DNA of 63,883 nt, the filler included, from Sluysia triapertura (lineage: Eukaryota), in assembly GCA_046118255.1 (NCBI GenBank). It is 5 parts of 5 records of this genome, joined end to end, with 100 filler letters (N's around TTAATTAATTAA, not from the genome) between each part and the next. Parts side by side here need not be neighbours in the genome. Positions count along the whole stretch, not along the records: positions 37,701 to 52,608 come from JBJNIA010244432.1; positions 52,709 to 63,883 come from JBJNIA010187822.1; 3 more parts are not named here. The stretch is one strand, 5' to 3'. The stretch's first letter is position 1, and each line of letters opens with the position of its first letter. The notes under the pieces are model-generated. The model was not told where the DNA came from. It was given only the letters and a program-made list of their open reading frames with translations, and ran no database searches. The translations under genes were made by a program, and so were the position numbers. Below are positions 51,660 through 63,883 of the stretch, piece by piece.

Positions 51660-52607
51660 TTAGAATTTCACCATGACTTGGAATGGAGCTTGATAAATTG
51701 GATTTTTAAAAAGAAAAATACTGTTATCGTACGGAGAATCAGTATGTCTGTTTTTAAACATGAAATTTTGAGACAATTGTAAGAATGGCCGGTATTGATT
51801 ATAATTAAAGTTAAATGTAAATTTAAAATAAAATCCATAATTAATATTTATTACTTTCCAATCATTAAAATTTATTACTCGTGTATCATTAAAAATCATA
51901 TAAAGAAAATAATCAATAACGTTATTATATTTATACGAAAAATTAAAATTTGAGTTACACAACAATTTATAAAAATTTAGTTTAGGCTTCCAAAGCCCAT
52001 ACATTTCACTATAGGAAACAATATTAAACAACAGATGAATTGAATTGCAAGTATTTATGTAATCAGCTGTCAAATGAGGAGTTAATGACTGACGTTCTAA
52101 ACTAGCCATAGGTTTCTGACTTTCTAGTAAAGCTTCAAGAACCCGATCATGATCTGGGAGAAAAATCTGAATTTGTATCAAAAACTCGTACAATACGAAA
52201 TTTAAATTTAAACCTTCGAAAACTTTTAAAATTTCAACACTGCGTATCATAATATTGTGAAACAACTCTAACTGAATAAAACTATCATAATCAATTTTAA
52301 AATAATGTTTATTATTTTCGTAAAAATAAAAATGAATATAAAAATAAACTTTATAAAATTTAACAAAATGGGGGTACAAATGTACCGATACATGATTAAA
52401 ATCGAAATAATAAGTCAAGACATCATTAGTTAATATAAAACATTTTATCCTAGTTTCTTCTACTAAGTTAATTAACAAATCACTGTTTATTTGTATTGGC
52501 AATAATTCTAGCATTTGTAAACTATGAAAACTTAAAACATGGAATTCTAAATGTAGAATCCTTACGACATCGGGCAAGCTTAACCGATTTAAATTTCGTT
52601 TATCGTT
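51660..52607 (-). CDS. Intact intronless ORF of at least 315 codons, unknown function, 5' end lost in the gap
   Basis: Frame stays open upstream of 52577 to the gap (NDKRNLNRLSLPDVVR...); such a length without a stop is very unlikely by chance at this AT content. Confidence 0.6.
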   Translation of the reverse strand, partial: NDKRNLNRLSLPDVVRILHLEFHVLSFHSLQMLELLPIQINSDLLINLVEETRIKCFILTNDVLTYYFDFNHVSVHLYPHFVKFYKVYFYIHFYFYENNKHYFKIDYDSFIQLELFHNIMIRSVEILKVFEGLNLNFVLYEFLIQIQIFLPDHDRVLEALLESQKPMASLERQSLTPHLTADYINTCNSIHLLFNIVSYSEMYGLWKPKLNFYKLLCNSNFNFSYKYNNVIDYFLYMIFNDTRVINFNDWKVININYGFYFKFTFNFNYNQYRPFLQLSQNFMFKNRHTDSPYDNSIFLFKNPIYQAPFQVMVKF

Positions 52608-52608
52608 A

Positions 52609-52708
52609 NNNNNNNNNNNNNNNNNNNNNNNNNNNNNNNNNNNNNNNNNNNNTTAATTAATTAANNNNNNNNNNNNNNNNNNNNNNNNNNNNNNNNNNNN
52701 NNNNNNNN
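52609..52708. other. Assembly gap with TTAATTAATTAA spacer
   Basis: 44 N + spacer + 44 N. Confidence 0.98.
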
Positions 52709-53395
52709 TATATATATATATTGATGGTTTCTTCATAAGTAAATCGTTTGCTAACTATAAAATCATTGCTACATTTAAATAAATTAAGGCTTCACAGCCC
52801 ACTTTATAGTGTTTTTTGATATTTTAGAAATATGCTGTTATGCATTATCTTTTTTTGATATTACTTTCATTTTTTGCAACATGTAATTTTATTTCTATCG
52901 TCAAAGCATTTGTAGTTTATTATATCTTTTAAGAACCACGATGTTTTCGTAAAACTTAAGTTTTTGGCACTGTTTAGAAGATACATGTTTATCTTATCAA
53001 TATTGAATCAGTTTTTAGTCGATTTTAAAGTCTTCTTATTTGTACTTAATTTTTAATTTTTCCAATTTGCGTCAATTATGCTAGAAATACTAACTTCTGA
53101 GAAGTACTTTCATTTCATCGTTGTAGATAAATGATAGATATATGTGACCTTTTTTCAGGTCAAATTATTCATCTTTAAATCTTTAAAAATGTGCGATCAA
53201 TTGTAGATTAATATTTTTCAGCTTTAATGATAATTCAAATATTGTAAGCACTTTTCAATTTATGTAATAATTATAACAATGATAAAAAATACTATAAATC
53301 TTGAAAGTTGAAAAGGAAAATAATTTTAGAAAGGCCTAATAAGTATAAATTATTGAATTCTTCGATTTATTGCAGTTTATTTTATTCAATTTAAG

Positions 53396-56300
53396 ATATT
53401 TAATTCCTTGTAATCATTTTATTAAACAAAAGTGGAGTGGTTTATCCGGTCTTCAAAATAGAATTGACGATAGATCTTCATCCAATAATAAAAACAAATC
53501 ATCTTCATTCGCTATTGACCGTCGGATGAATGAAGATTTTTCTAATTCTGCTGAACAGTTTTTGAAAATTTCTCTGGGTATTTATTCTGAAGATTCCAAC
53601 TTTGTGTAAGTGATAATTCGTTACTAATAAGGTAATTAATTTATTGTTTAGATATATTTCACAAAATCAGTCAATAAATAAAGCTGATAAGCTTGAACTT
53701 GAACAAAGAAGGGCCAGTATGAATCCAGTCATTTTGAATAATTTAGAAAGGTTAGTTTCGATTCGAACATATCAGCCTGAAAAGTGTCATTTATAGATTA
53801 TTACATAATCGATTATAATGAAAATAAATTGTTTTGAAGGCTCAATAGCCAAAATATCGAATTGCGCAGCAAGAATATCCGCCAGTCAATTTTATAAAAT
53901 CTAATATTGAATACAAAAGTAACTGCAGCATTTCGAAAGAATCTGATATAATCAACCTTGTTTACAAAAATTTGTTTATTTTACGTACTTGTTTTACTGC
54001 AACAATTTTTGCAACATTTCAAATTGTGAATTTCATGAATTGCTCTATGTACATGGGGTAACATCAAAAATATTAAATTTATTTAATCAATATTAGTATT
54101 GAAATTCAATATTTTAGGATTTTTTCATTTATTAAATTCATATTTATTAATTAAAATACAGTTTACTTTGAATTAATTACTATATATCTTCGAGTTTAAG
54201 ATTCAATTTGTTAACAATAAATTACCTTATCAAGACACCTCTGACTTCTATTCTCGACTCGAATGGTAATTATTAATATATATTATTCTTATTCTCAGAG
54301 ATATGCGTTACTTATATCTCAGAATATAAGAATGATATCAAAACAAGGTAACTTGAAATTATTTATTGCATTTTTATTATAATATTAAAATGGTTCCTTT
54401 TATAATTATTTCGTAAATGAAACAAATCAAAATAAAATTAATTATTGTAAAATCATTATGTTAGGTTATTTGTTTTAATCTTTCTTTTGATTTTATTTAA
54501 TTGTTAGAAGAGGAAGTGACACTTATATTTGTGTCGTTAGTGAAATACGATGTCGTTTATAAGTTAAGTTTAGTTTTAAAGTCGGCATAGTTGTGAGTTA
54601 GTATCTAACAATGGGTTTTATTTTATTATCGAATTATCGTGTCTCTCTGAAGGTGCTCGATCACTCGTCGTTGCTTGAACGATGGAAGTGCAAGTTACTA
54701 CTTGAGATATCTATAAAAAAACTACTTAAGTTATTTGCTTTAAGTGCTACAAGAATTATTCGAAACGCTTGCTTAAAATACTTATAGAAATTATCTTACA
54801 AACTTGCTTAAAATGTCTAAGCCTCGTTTACTTGCTAAAATAAAAATTTAATTTAGGTAGAATAAGATTTATTACACAATAAAATACGATAATGTAAAAT
54901 ACAATGTTTACACGTTACTATAAATTTGAAATTTAATTTAAATATTATTCTGATAATAGAGAAATGTTAAAATTAATAGTCAATATTAGATTGTTACCTC
55001 GAACTTGAACCAAATAATATACTTGAAACGAATGATACAGCTTGAACCAATTAATATTCTCGAACTTGAACTCAAATAATATTCTTCACCAAATTATTTA
55101 TCTTGAATCAAATAATATTCTTCACCAAATTATTTACCTTGGTGATTTTGCTCTTCTATTTATACTTGAAATTTGAATGTAGTAATACATTTAAATTAAA
55201 AAGTAATTTATTTTCTATAATATCCATTAATCCATTATTTCATATTCGGATTTATAAAGTCTTTTTATTAATTACATCTGTTAGTTTTCATTACTTTTGA
55301 TATCATGTAATTACTTTCTAAATTTCTTGTCTTTTTATTGTAATTACTTTTTGATTAGTTTAAATTTCATATCGTTGCATTGTAATTACTTTTTCATTTA
55401 TTCTATGGTTAATGGTTAATTTAAATCTGATATGCAATTAATTTAAATTTGATATGAAATTTATTTATTAATTTATTTAACATGATTTATTATTCTTACA
55501 TAATTGATTATTCTTACAATTATTTCAATAAATAATGTTAGAAATGATTGCCACATTACAGATACAGTCTTTCAAGTCCTTTTCATTCCTATCTACAATC
55601 TGCAGCTATCTATGTAAATCGTCGTATTCTAGCAACTGAATGTTGGCAATTTAGCTACGATGGTGTCGAAAGTCCTCCACCAAATGTGTTTGATATGATC
55701 GATGAAGCTCTTGATCAAACTTGGCCATCAAAACATCAAATTATTTTCAACACTTATACACATCTATCAAATATGAACACTAATCAAATTGTTGATAATA
55801 ATGTTATTGAAGATATTGAGCATGAAGATAACATAGATTATGATGATGAGGATAAAAATGACTCAGAAAATGAAAATCAGCATCTGAAATCATCAGAGAC
55901 TGTTGTGGTTTCTAATGTAAATTTTATTTAATTCTACTTTTTTATTTATTTAAAAACGATCATAATGTGAAAGTGTACAAATTATTTACTTTATTATTAA
56001 TAAAAGAATAGTCTAAAAATATTTAAATAATGCAAAGAATTTTGTTATGGTTATTAAATTTTCATATTACATTAAAAATTGTTTTTCCTATAAATAAAAT
56101 GAAATAAAATTTGTCTTTTGGTAACAAATCCTAATCCTTTGTGATATTGGATGACTCTATTGATACATTGAACAAATTTATGTATAGTTATCCAATTTTA
56201 AAACATTCGGACCATATTTTCTAATAATCAGTTGGAGTTTAAATTATATTTAATTTATTATTATCGATATTGACCACTTGAGTAGGTGACGAATGATTAA

Positions 56301-59300
56301 CACCGGTTCAGAGTAAGTATTGTCTCAAAGAGTTAATTATTTAACCACTTGTTTACAATACTTTCGTTTTCCTTTCCTCATTTACCTCAGTATTGTTAAA
56401 TTGTGTGTGCTTGATGGAATTTCATCTCTTTATATATGGACAGATATTTGCCGTGTATGTAACTTATAATATCCTTTTACAAATCATTTTCTCTCTGTAG
56501 TTATTTTCATCATTTGGCCAATTTTCTTAAAATATATACACCTTTTTTATAATCTTATGTATTTTTTGCTTTTATTTTATTTATACTTTTTAATATTTAC
56601 TAATTATTCTTATTTTATATTGTATTGAATTTTATATTCATTTTAATTGTATGTTGTAATGTATGTATATACTCAGTTGGTATTTAGGAAAATTTTGATT
56701 TTTAGGAAATTAAGGAAAGAAAACAATGGTTTAATAGCATTCTACTTTTAGATAATAATAGTAAGTAGTAGTATTTTATTTGTATTCTACTTTTATTCAT
56801 TACACTGACATAGGTACACTCTGAAAAGGTTCAGTTTCAATGCTCTTTCAATTACAAAGAAATTTGAGTAGAAATTGCCAATATTACAATAATAAGTATA
56901 CTTATTAAGATTATGTGCATTATTTTTCATCAACCAAAGTCTACTTTTTAATAATTGATTCTTTAGGATAAATGCTAATTTCAAAAACAAGATCACACTA
57001 TTTTCTCCATCTAATTCGGTACTTAAAATAACGTTAAACTAATATTTTCTTGTTTAACTACTTCGGCTAAATTGGAAATTTCAATCTAAATTGAAAAATC
57101 TGAGTACTTTTTCTCGTAACATAATATCACTGATTGATCCTATTGCAATTTATTTAAAAATTATTAAAGGCTTGCATCGTTTAATTGTTGAATTAACAGA
57201 AACATTTCATGAACCACATTCAAAGCATTGGCCAACAACATATTCAACTACCGCTAAATTAACTTTTAACATGAACATAATTTTTCCAAAATAAGTAGAA
57301 CCATATTTTTAATGGAAACAAATGTTTCAGAACATTTAAATTTATAATCTTCAATTTTTATAGATTTGTAAATATAATATCTTTGGAAAAATGACGTCTG
57401 ATAGAACTGACTCTACTACAACCGTTTGATCGCTCAATTTGTTTGTTGATAGGTTACTACTTGTTTCTAAAATAGTAGGGACTTCTATTCGAACTGCACG
57501 AACATTAATATTACCGATTATAAATTCGAATAGCTTCAAGAGCTTCGTTAATCATTACAAAACCAACAAAGCACATCTTATTATTGTGGTTATAAAGATT
57601 AAATTAAGACTTTTATTTACCGAAAATTTTAATTTTATTTCAAAATGCCTATTATGAAATAAAGTCAATTCAAAATAATTGTTTATACATTTATTTATAA
57701 AAATAAATATCACCAAAAATTTTAAATCAAACTGTTTATTGGATTTATACTTCAAACCGAGTTGGGGACATTCTGTCGTATTTCTGGCATTGTGAGTTCT
57801 GAAACAAAAATCAAACATATAAGTTCGCTCTATCAAATTAAAATTAACATTTACCTTAAAATAGTCATTATCAGTAAAACAGTTTTTCATATTTAACTTG
57901 TATAAACTCGATAACACACTAATAATTTGTTTACAATAAAGCTTGACCATCCTGTCTCTTGTCATTGCACCGTCGTCGTCTGTGTCGGTTCCAATATTCA
58001 ATCTGACTAACGTTTGACCATAAAAGACAACTGTAATTTTATGATCAGAATTGATTCCATGAGAAGTACTTAGGTAACGTAATGCTTCATACTTGAGAAA
58101 CTGTGACATTACAACATTGATCATTTTGCCGTTTACCAAGGTTACTCGGTTAAGTTCTCAGAAATCCGCCAATGGAGTACTAATATTTTCTGAGATGTTA
58201 TGTTTGAATTCATTCATTATCATGTCGATCGATATTCTATGTTTTACATTTAGATATAAACAGTTGAAAATAACAGTGATGTTGTTTTGTAATTTCTGAC
58301 TTAATTTATCACTTCAGATCGAATTGACACTTTTACATTAGTTTTATTCACCACGACAAATTCGTGACTATGTTCCAGAGTTTCATTTTTAGAGTAGATA
58401 ACGTTATCAAATATTTGATCTTTATTCGGACAAAAAGATAAAACTCCTCTTATACGATTACCAATCAAACTATAATAGTGATCTAAACAGACAGAAGTCA
58501 TAGTCGGATTGATACTAAACTCAATCGAGTCTAAAGTTTCACTTAAGTAATCAGGTAATGTTCTTTTTATAATTTCTTCCATCATTCCATCGTACTTATC
58601 CACATGACTTCGATTCTCTTTAATAATTGCTTTACTTTTTATCAGCCTTGTTAACTTTTGGACTGCCAGTAACAATTTTTTTCATCAAAGTAATAAGTTT
58701 AATAGACAATTTTGCAATAAAATTTGATTTAGAAACATTACTAAATTCGTAATGGTGTTGATCATTAACAATTACCGACATGATTAAATCCAATTTAGAT
58801 CTGCTTATTTTTAATCTTCTTTCTTTTGTTGATTTTGTTACTAAATATTCTTTAATTCCTTGATAAATGTGAGTTAAACTGACAATCGTTTTGTTGTCAC
58901 CATTATAAATATCATCTGCTAAAATACAAGACAACGATACAGTTAAGATTTCTTCAGATATTACTTCGAGAAGTCTATTGATATTACGTATACTAACAGG
59001 TTCATCATTAAATTGTAGATGAATATCATTGAGCAAAGAATTGAAAATATATTTATGAATTCGAATTAATAACTTATCATCTATATTCTTTAAGTCACTT
59101 ATACAAGTATAATTTTCTTCATCTTCGAAACAATTATCAACAAAATCTAAAGTTTTTTTTGAACATTCTAGATAAAATTAATGAAATGCATCGTAATGTT
59201 GCGTTGTGACACCGACTTTAACAATATAAATTAATTTTGCACTCTAATTCAGTTAATTGCCTTTTACTTAAAATCACTACATTGAAATTTTATTATCTTG

Positions 59301-61796
59301 TGATACTTTTTAATAATTGTTCTTACAACAAATTATGATGAAAAATCCTTTTCACACTGCAATTGGCTGCCCAATCAAAAGAAGATTCTTCTTAGATTGT
59401 AATAGCGACAGTTTAAACAAGTTTAATTGTCATTCCGATTGTAAATTGTGCTGATAAGTTAAAGTCTACAAGTATAAGCTTTATCGCTATTTTTAAAGTA
59501 TTATGAAATTTCATTTTAATAAGACGAATAATGTATTAAGAAAATGCATTATTTTTATATCATTCATTATTAATTAAAATTAAATTTATGAATAATTTTA
59601 ATACATAAATTTTTATTTGTAATATTTTTAAATTTTGCTTAGTATATTCGGCGATCATCAACTAGTCGTGAGCAGTACATAAAATCCAATAATAAAATTA
59701 CACCGAAATATTTACGACGCGCCAAACGTCAACGAGCTCATTCAAATGAGAATCATATTGCTTCACTTAGCTCAAATAAATCGTTTCAATGCGAATCTAA
59801 TCCGACACTGTTCAATAAAACACCATGTTCTTCCAACGAAACAACCCCATTCGATGTTGGATACTTTTCACATTCTAACAACGATAGTTCTACCAGTCAC
59901 AAGAATCTTGATCAACCAATTAAAACTCGTGCTGGAGCATTGTCAAGCAATCAATTGCCAGAATTGTTAATGGACGATACTTATATTGAAAGAAAACGAT
60001 ATCAACGAAATCAGACACGAAGCAACAATAATAATGAATTGGATTCGATTCAAAAATGTCACTTAGGAGGTGAATTTTCAAGTTTACACAAAAAATTAAG
60101 TCAATCTACTCAATCAATTTACAAGTTGCATTATGAAATTTATGATTTATCAGATGATGAATATGCTTCTATTGATGGTGGTGTTAATACAAGCGAGGAA
60201 ATAAAAGGTGAAAGTAACTATGAAGTACACAATAAAGATGATAAAAATGATGACGCAGAGGTTTTATTATCATTATTTTAATTTTATTTTTATTATCATT
60301 TTTAATTTTATTATCATTACAAAAATGATTTAGAGATACAAAGTTAATTTCGATAATGTTTTGCTATCTTGCCTGGAAGATTCTGATTTATCTGAATTTG
60401 CAGTCAGTCTTCAGTTACTTCAGATAACCGATCCCGATTCAGAATTTCGTGATTGGTCATTGGATTGGGATAATATTGAAAATTTATTGGTTGATCATAA
60501 TATAAAGTCGTTTAGTGAAAAATTAGATGATGACGTTTTTTGTCAATTTGATAGGAAAATTGCTGATAATCATCGAAATAAAAATTTATTAACCAATCAC
60601 AGTAGATCAAATTATGGCGGCAACTGCTGTGGTGATGATGATGAAGAGGAAGATTTTGACGAATCGAATAATATTTCTACCCCGACCAATGAAGCTACTT
60701 TCAAAAGACGGCTGCATTCGTTCGAAAATTCTCTTTATACATCACCAGCTCATGTAGCTTATTCAGTCACTTTAGGTTATATATTATAATAATTTTATTT
60801 AATCAGCGAATAGTCAAAATGTTTCATGAATTTACGTATTTTAAAAAGTGCATTTTATTTATTTATAAAATTATGCAATAAGTTTGCTCTAATTAAGAAT
60901 TTAAATGTTGGAATTAGTCTTTTAATGGAAATTTTTATCCTCAGACGGCATTTGTAAATAGCTTCATAATTACATGGTGCAGTCATTTAAATAAGAACAA
61001 AAATTTAATATGTAAAAATATTACTGTGTTAAATTCTAAATTTATTATATTTAGATAAAATAAAATTTTGTTTATATTAGAACTTCATTTGTTAACATGC
61101 ATGTAAATTTAAATTTTCATTTTTATCAGTGGAACTTATTATTGTAATAAAATTCCTTATGTTAAAAACGTTAAGCCATATAAATTATTGAAAATGGCAA
61201 TCGCGTATGGTGATAAATGTTCATTGTAAATAACTGCCTTCACATTGCACATTATAAATATGTTTTGATGAGAAAGTTCAGTAAACAATCTTATGATGTC
61301 TGAGTCAGAGCAAAGATACTTTTTATTTTCCCTAATGAAGTACATAAATATAAATTTCGATGTACTTTTCTTAAAAATAACGATCGACAAAAGATTGAAA
61401 AAAATTCTTAGACAAAGTTTACGGTAGTTGTGTAATAACTATTTGTAATTGTCATTACCATAATTATTAATGACTAATATCGTATGTCTTTTAACTTTAC
61501 TTGATATTAAAATCAAAAATATAAGTTAGCAACAGAGAAGCTTCTAATATTGAGTAAAGAAATCTTTACAATTGAATATTACACTTTATTCATAAATCTA
61601 TAATTTTATATTTTTAGGTCCATTTTTATCAGCTTTATTTCAACGTTTAAGTGTATTATCTACAAATACATTATTTATGAACATGTTAATTACCGGAATC
61701 ATCACAGATTTAGCATCGTATTCACATCCTCTTATCAAAAACCTTCTCCTCGATGTGGACGTTATCATGCAGCCAAATATTACTAAGTTATTCGAA
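53396..61796 (+). CDS. FHIP1: FTS- and Hook-interacting protein (FHIP1/FAM160A family), internal part; exons ~53396-53605, 53652-53750, 55562-55916, 59643-60260, 60334-60775, 61618-61796
   Basis: RYLIPCNH...SAEQFL; SYLQSA...ATECWQFSYDG; GPFLSALFQRLSVLSTNTLFMNMLITGIITDLASYSHPLIKNLLLDVDVIMQPNITKLFE match FAM160A conserved blocks; splice phases are consistent. Confidence 0.9.
54995..55140 (+). repeat. Short imperfect tandem repeats in an FHIP1 intron
   Basis: Repeated CTTGAAC(Y)CAAATAATAT units and a ~35-bp duplication CAAATAATATTCTTCACCAAATTATTTA. Confidence 0.75.
56793..59280 (-). pseudogene. Decayed ~800-codon intronless ORF of unknown family, antisense within the FHIP1 intron 55917-59642
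   Basis: Consecutive same-strand ORFs 59036-58632, 58675-58301, 58139-57555, 57539-57351 and 56996-56793 join via frameshifts and stops; globular-protein-like composition; no transposon motifs recognised. Confidence 0.65.
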
Positions 61797-63883
61797 GTAT
61801 GTTCTTCACATTTTTATCAATTTAATTTGAAAATTTAATTTTGTTCTTGCTATAGTTATTTATTTACGATTATTAATTTAAAACCAAAACAAATTTGTTT
61901 GCATTTATCAATGTTAGATACGTGATTCATTCCTAATCTAACTTTTATTTAAACTTTTCCATAAAATGTCACTCTTACAACAACTTAAACTGCAAATCAA
62001 ATTCACAAACATTTAAACTGTTCAACTCATAATATCTTTTATCTTTATTAATAATTATTATCAGTATGATATTGAAATTTCTTTTAAAATCACATACTGA
62101 AATTCTCTTTAAATCACCTTACCACTCAAATATCTTTCGCAGTAACACACCAAGTGCAATAAATTCTGAAATCGGACATAAATCGTTTTGATCATTTTGG
62201 GTACTTGTTTTCAATGTACTTTTTCATTATTGTTCTAAACACGTATAAAAATATGAGAGAACAAGATTATTATTAAACGGCTAAACAAAATAAACGATTA
62301 AAATTTCATGTTTTGCTTACAACTTATGAATTACTATGATAGATAATTCATTCCTAAGCAAAGTACATTGGAAGTGTTTGTTATAGATAAAAAATAATGC
62401 TTCCAAATTACTTAAATTATTTCAAAAATATAATCCCAAATATTGATTATTGATTACTGGTACACTGTTACAGAACAATTTGGAAGAATAGTCCTACTTA
62501 TTAAATTTCACGGAACTTAATTCATTTCGTAATATAGGCAGTTTCTTTTCTCGATTTGAAGATTTTTCTATAGAACAACATAGAAATGAATAAATTCGAA
62601 AAGATCAAGGAAGATATGAGAGTAAATAATGCATCGTGTTAAGACCAGCGAAAATATTTAAACACTGGTTACCAAATAAACTCTAAAAATGTTAAAATTT
62701 ATTTTAAAGTGGAAAGACTATCGAATATTTAGTCACCAATAACTTAATGCTACCTAAGCTTGAAACACAAAATTCGTATACTCTTTATCACACATTTTTA
62801 GCGGAAACAGAGTAATCATTATTGGGTTAATTAATGTCTGGTTACATAATAAATAATTCATGAAATAATCATCTTACTTTATCAATATTCCTATTTTAAT
62901 AACTATTTTTGGAAATATCTCTAACAGTTGTTGTCATACTTACATTAATCCAACAATTAAAATAAACCAAAGCAGTAGTTCGTAAGCACACTCGGAACTA
63001 ATTAAGTTGTATAAATACAATCTTTTATTAAAAAAATTTAATGCAAAAAGACAAGTGACATAATTTGTGTGCAATATTTATAATCAATGTGATGGTTAAA
63101 ACCTCGAAACCATCATTCTACAAGCAATAAAACATTTACAAACATTCTTATAAGGCTTTTAATTCATACTCAACCACTCATTATTACATTCAGCTTTTTA
63201 CAGTCTTCAACAATTTCCTATGCATCAATTTAAACTAAAATTACCTATTTATATATGCATAAAATTTTCTATTTACATACACACGAAGTGAACATTTTTT
63301 CTGTCATTGCATTCACACTAAAAATTTATGCATAAATATGATGAGCATTTACTCTTGCATCATTTTCATATGCATTTTTAACAAAAATCCAATGTTAAAC
63401 GAAAATTTTCGGATAATCTAATCAATTCAATTATGACAAATGAAATAACTATATAAGAAACCTAGAAACTCATGAAATGTACTTTTGACAAGATATAATT
63501 TACAAATTCAAAACACGTGTAAAAATCCTGTCAACTTAATTTGGTGCTATTTTATTAGAAATATACAAAGAATATATTACATATTTAAATGAAATACTAA
63601 ACAAATTCAATGAATCATATGTAATTCCGAAACATCCTTATGTAAACAAATTTTCTGAATGTTACAATAATGATGAGAGGTATTTGATCTACAACAATAT
63701 TACTATATTAGTGTCAAAATTATTGGCATTAAGAAAGAGAAAAATGGCCCATATACACCGACCTGAAACATATTAAATGGTATCGACTATTTTTTTTACT
63801 ATTTTATGTTACTAATATACATTTGTTAGTCAAAATTGTTTTTCTTTTTTTAGAGTTGTAGGTAAACAAATTATGCATATATA

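Noticed and set aside
11891-52708. Recurrent TTAATTAATTAA inside N runs
   Set aside because: Identical 100-nt construct at four places; an artificial six-frame-stop scaffolding spacer, not biology.

Overview
AT-rich (roughly a quarter GC) eukaryotic, animal-like genomic scaffold with GT-AG introns as short as 32-35 nt and four 100-nt assembly gaps carrying a TTAATTAATTAA spacer. It resembles a compact, divergent metazoan genome; an orthonectid-like source is a guess only. Host genes: GLG1/MG160 (minus, ~4.2-6.4 kb), a band 4.1/FERM-domain gene (plus, ~27.1-34.8 kb), FHIP1/FAM160A (plus, ~53.4-61.8 kb), a tectonic-domain remnant and an aberrant tRNA-Ala. Mobile DNA: a decayed Ty3/Gypsy element whose Gag appears to begin with a ubiquitin-like domain (20.3-23.5 kb), a second LTR+PBS+gag element (46.8-50.0 kb) and dispersed repeats. 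The most unusual signal is a family of ~2.4-2.5 kb single-gene cassettes, clearest at ~800-3215 (+) and ~23510-26020 (-). They share a head of three interlocking inverted repeats and a tail mini-hairpin, around ~500-codon decayed ORFs that I cannot align to each other or assign to a family. More diverged candidates occur at ~50.8 kb, ~59.4 kb and ~31.2 kb. All calls are by eye; no searches were run.
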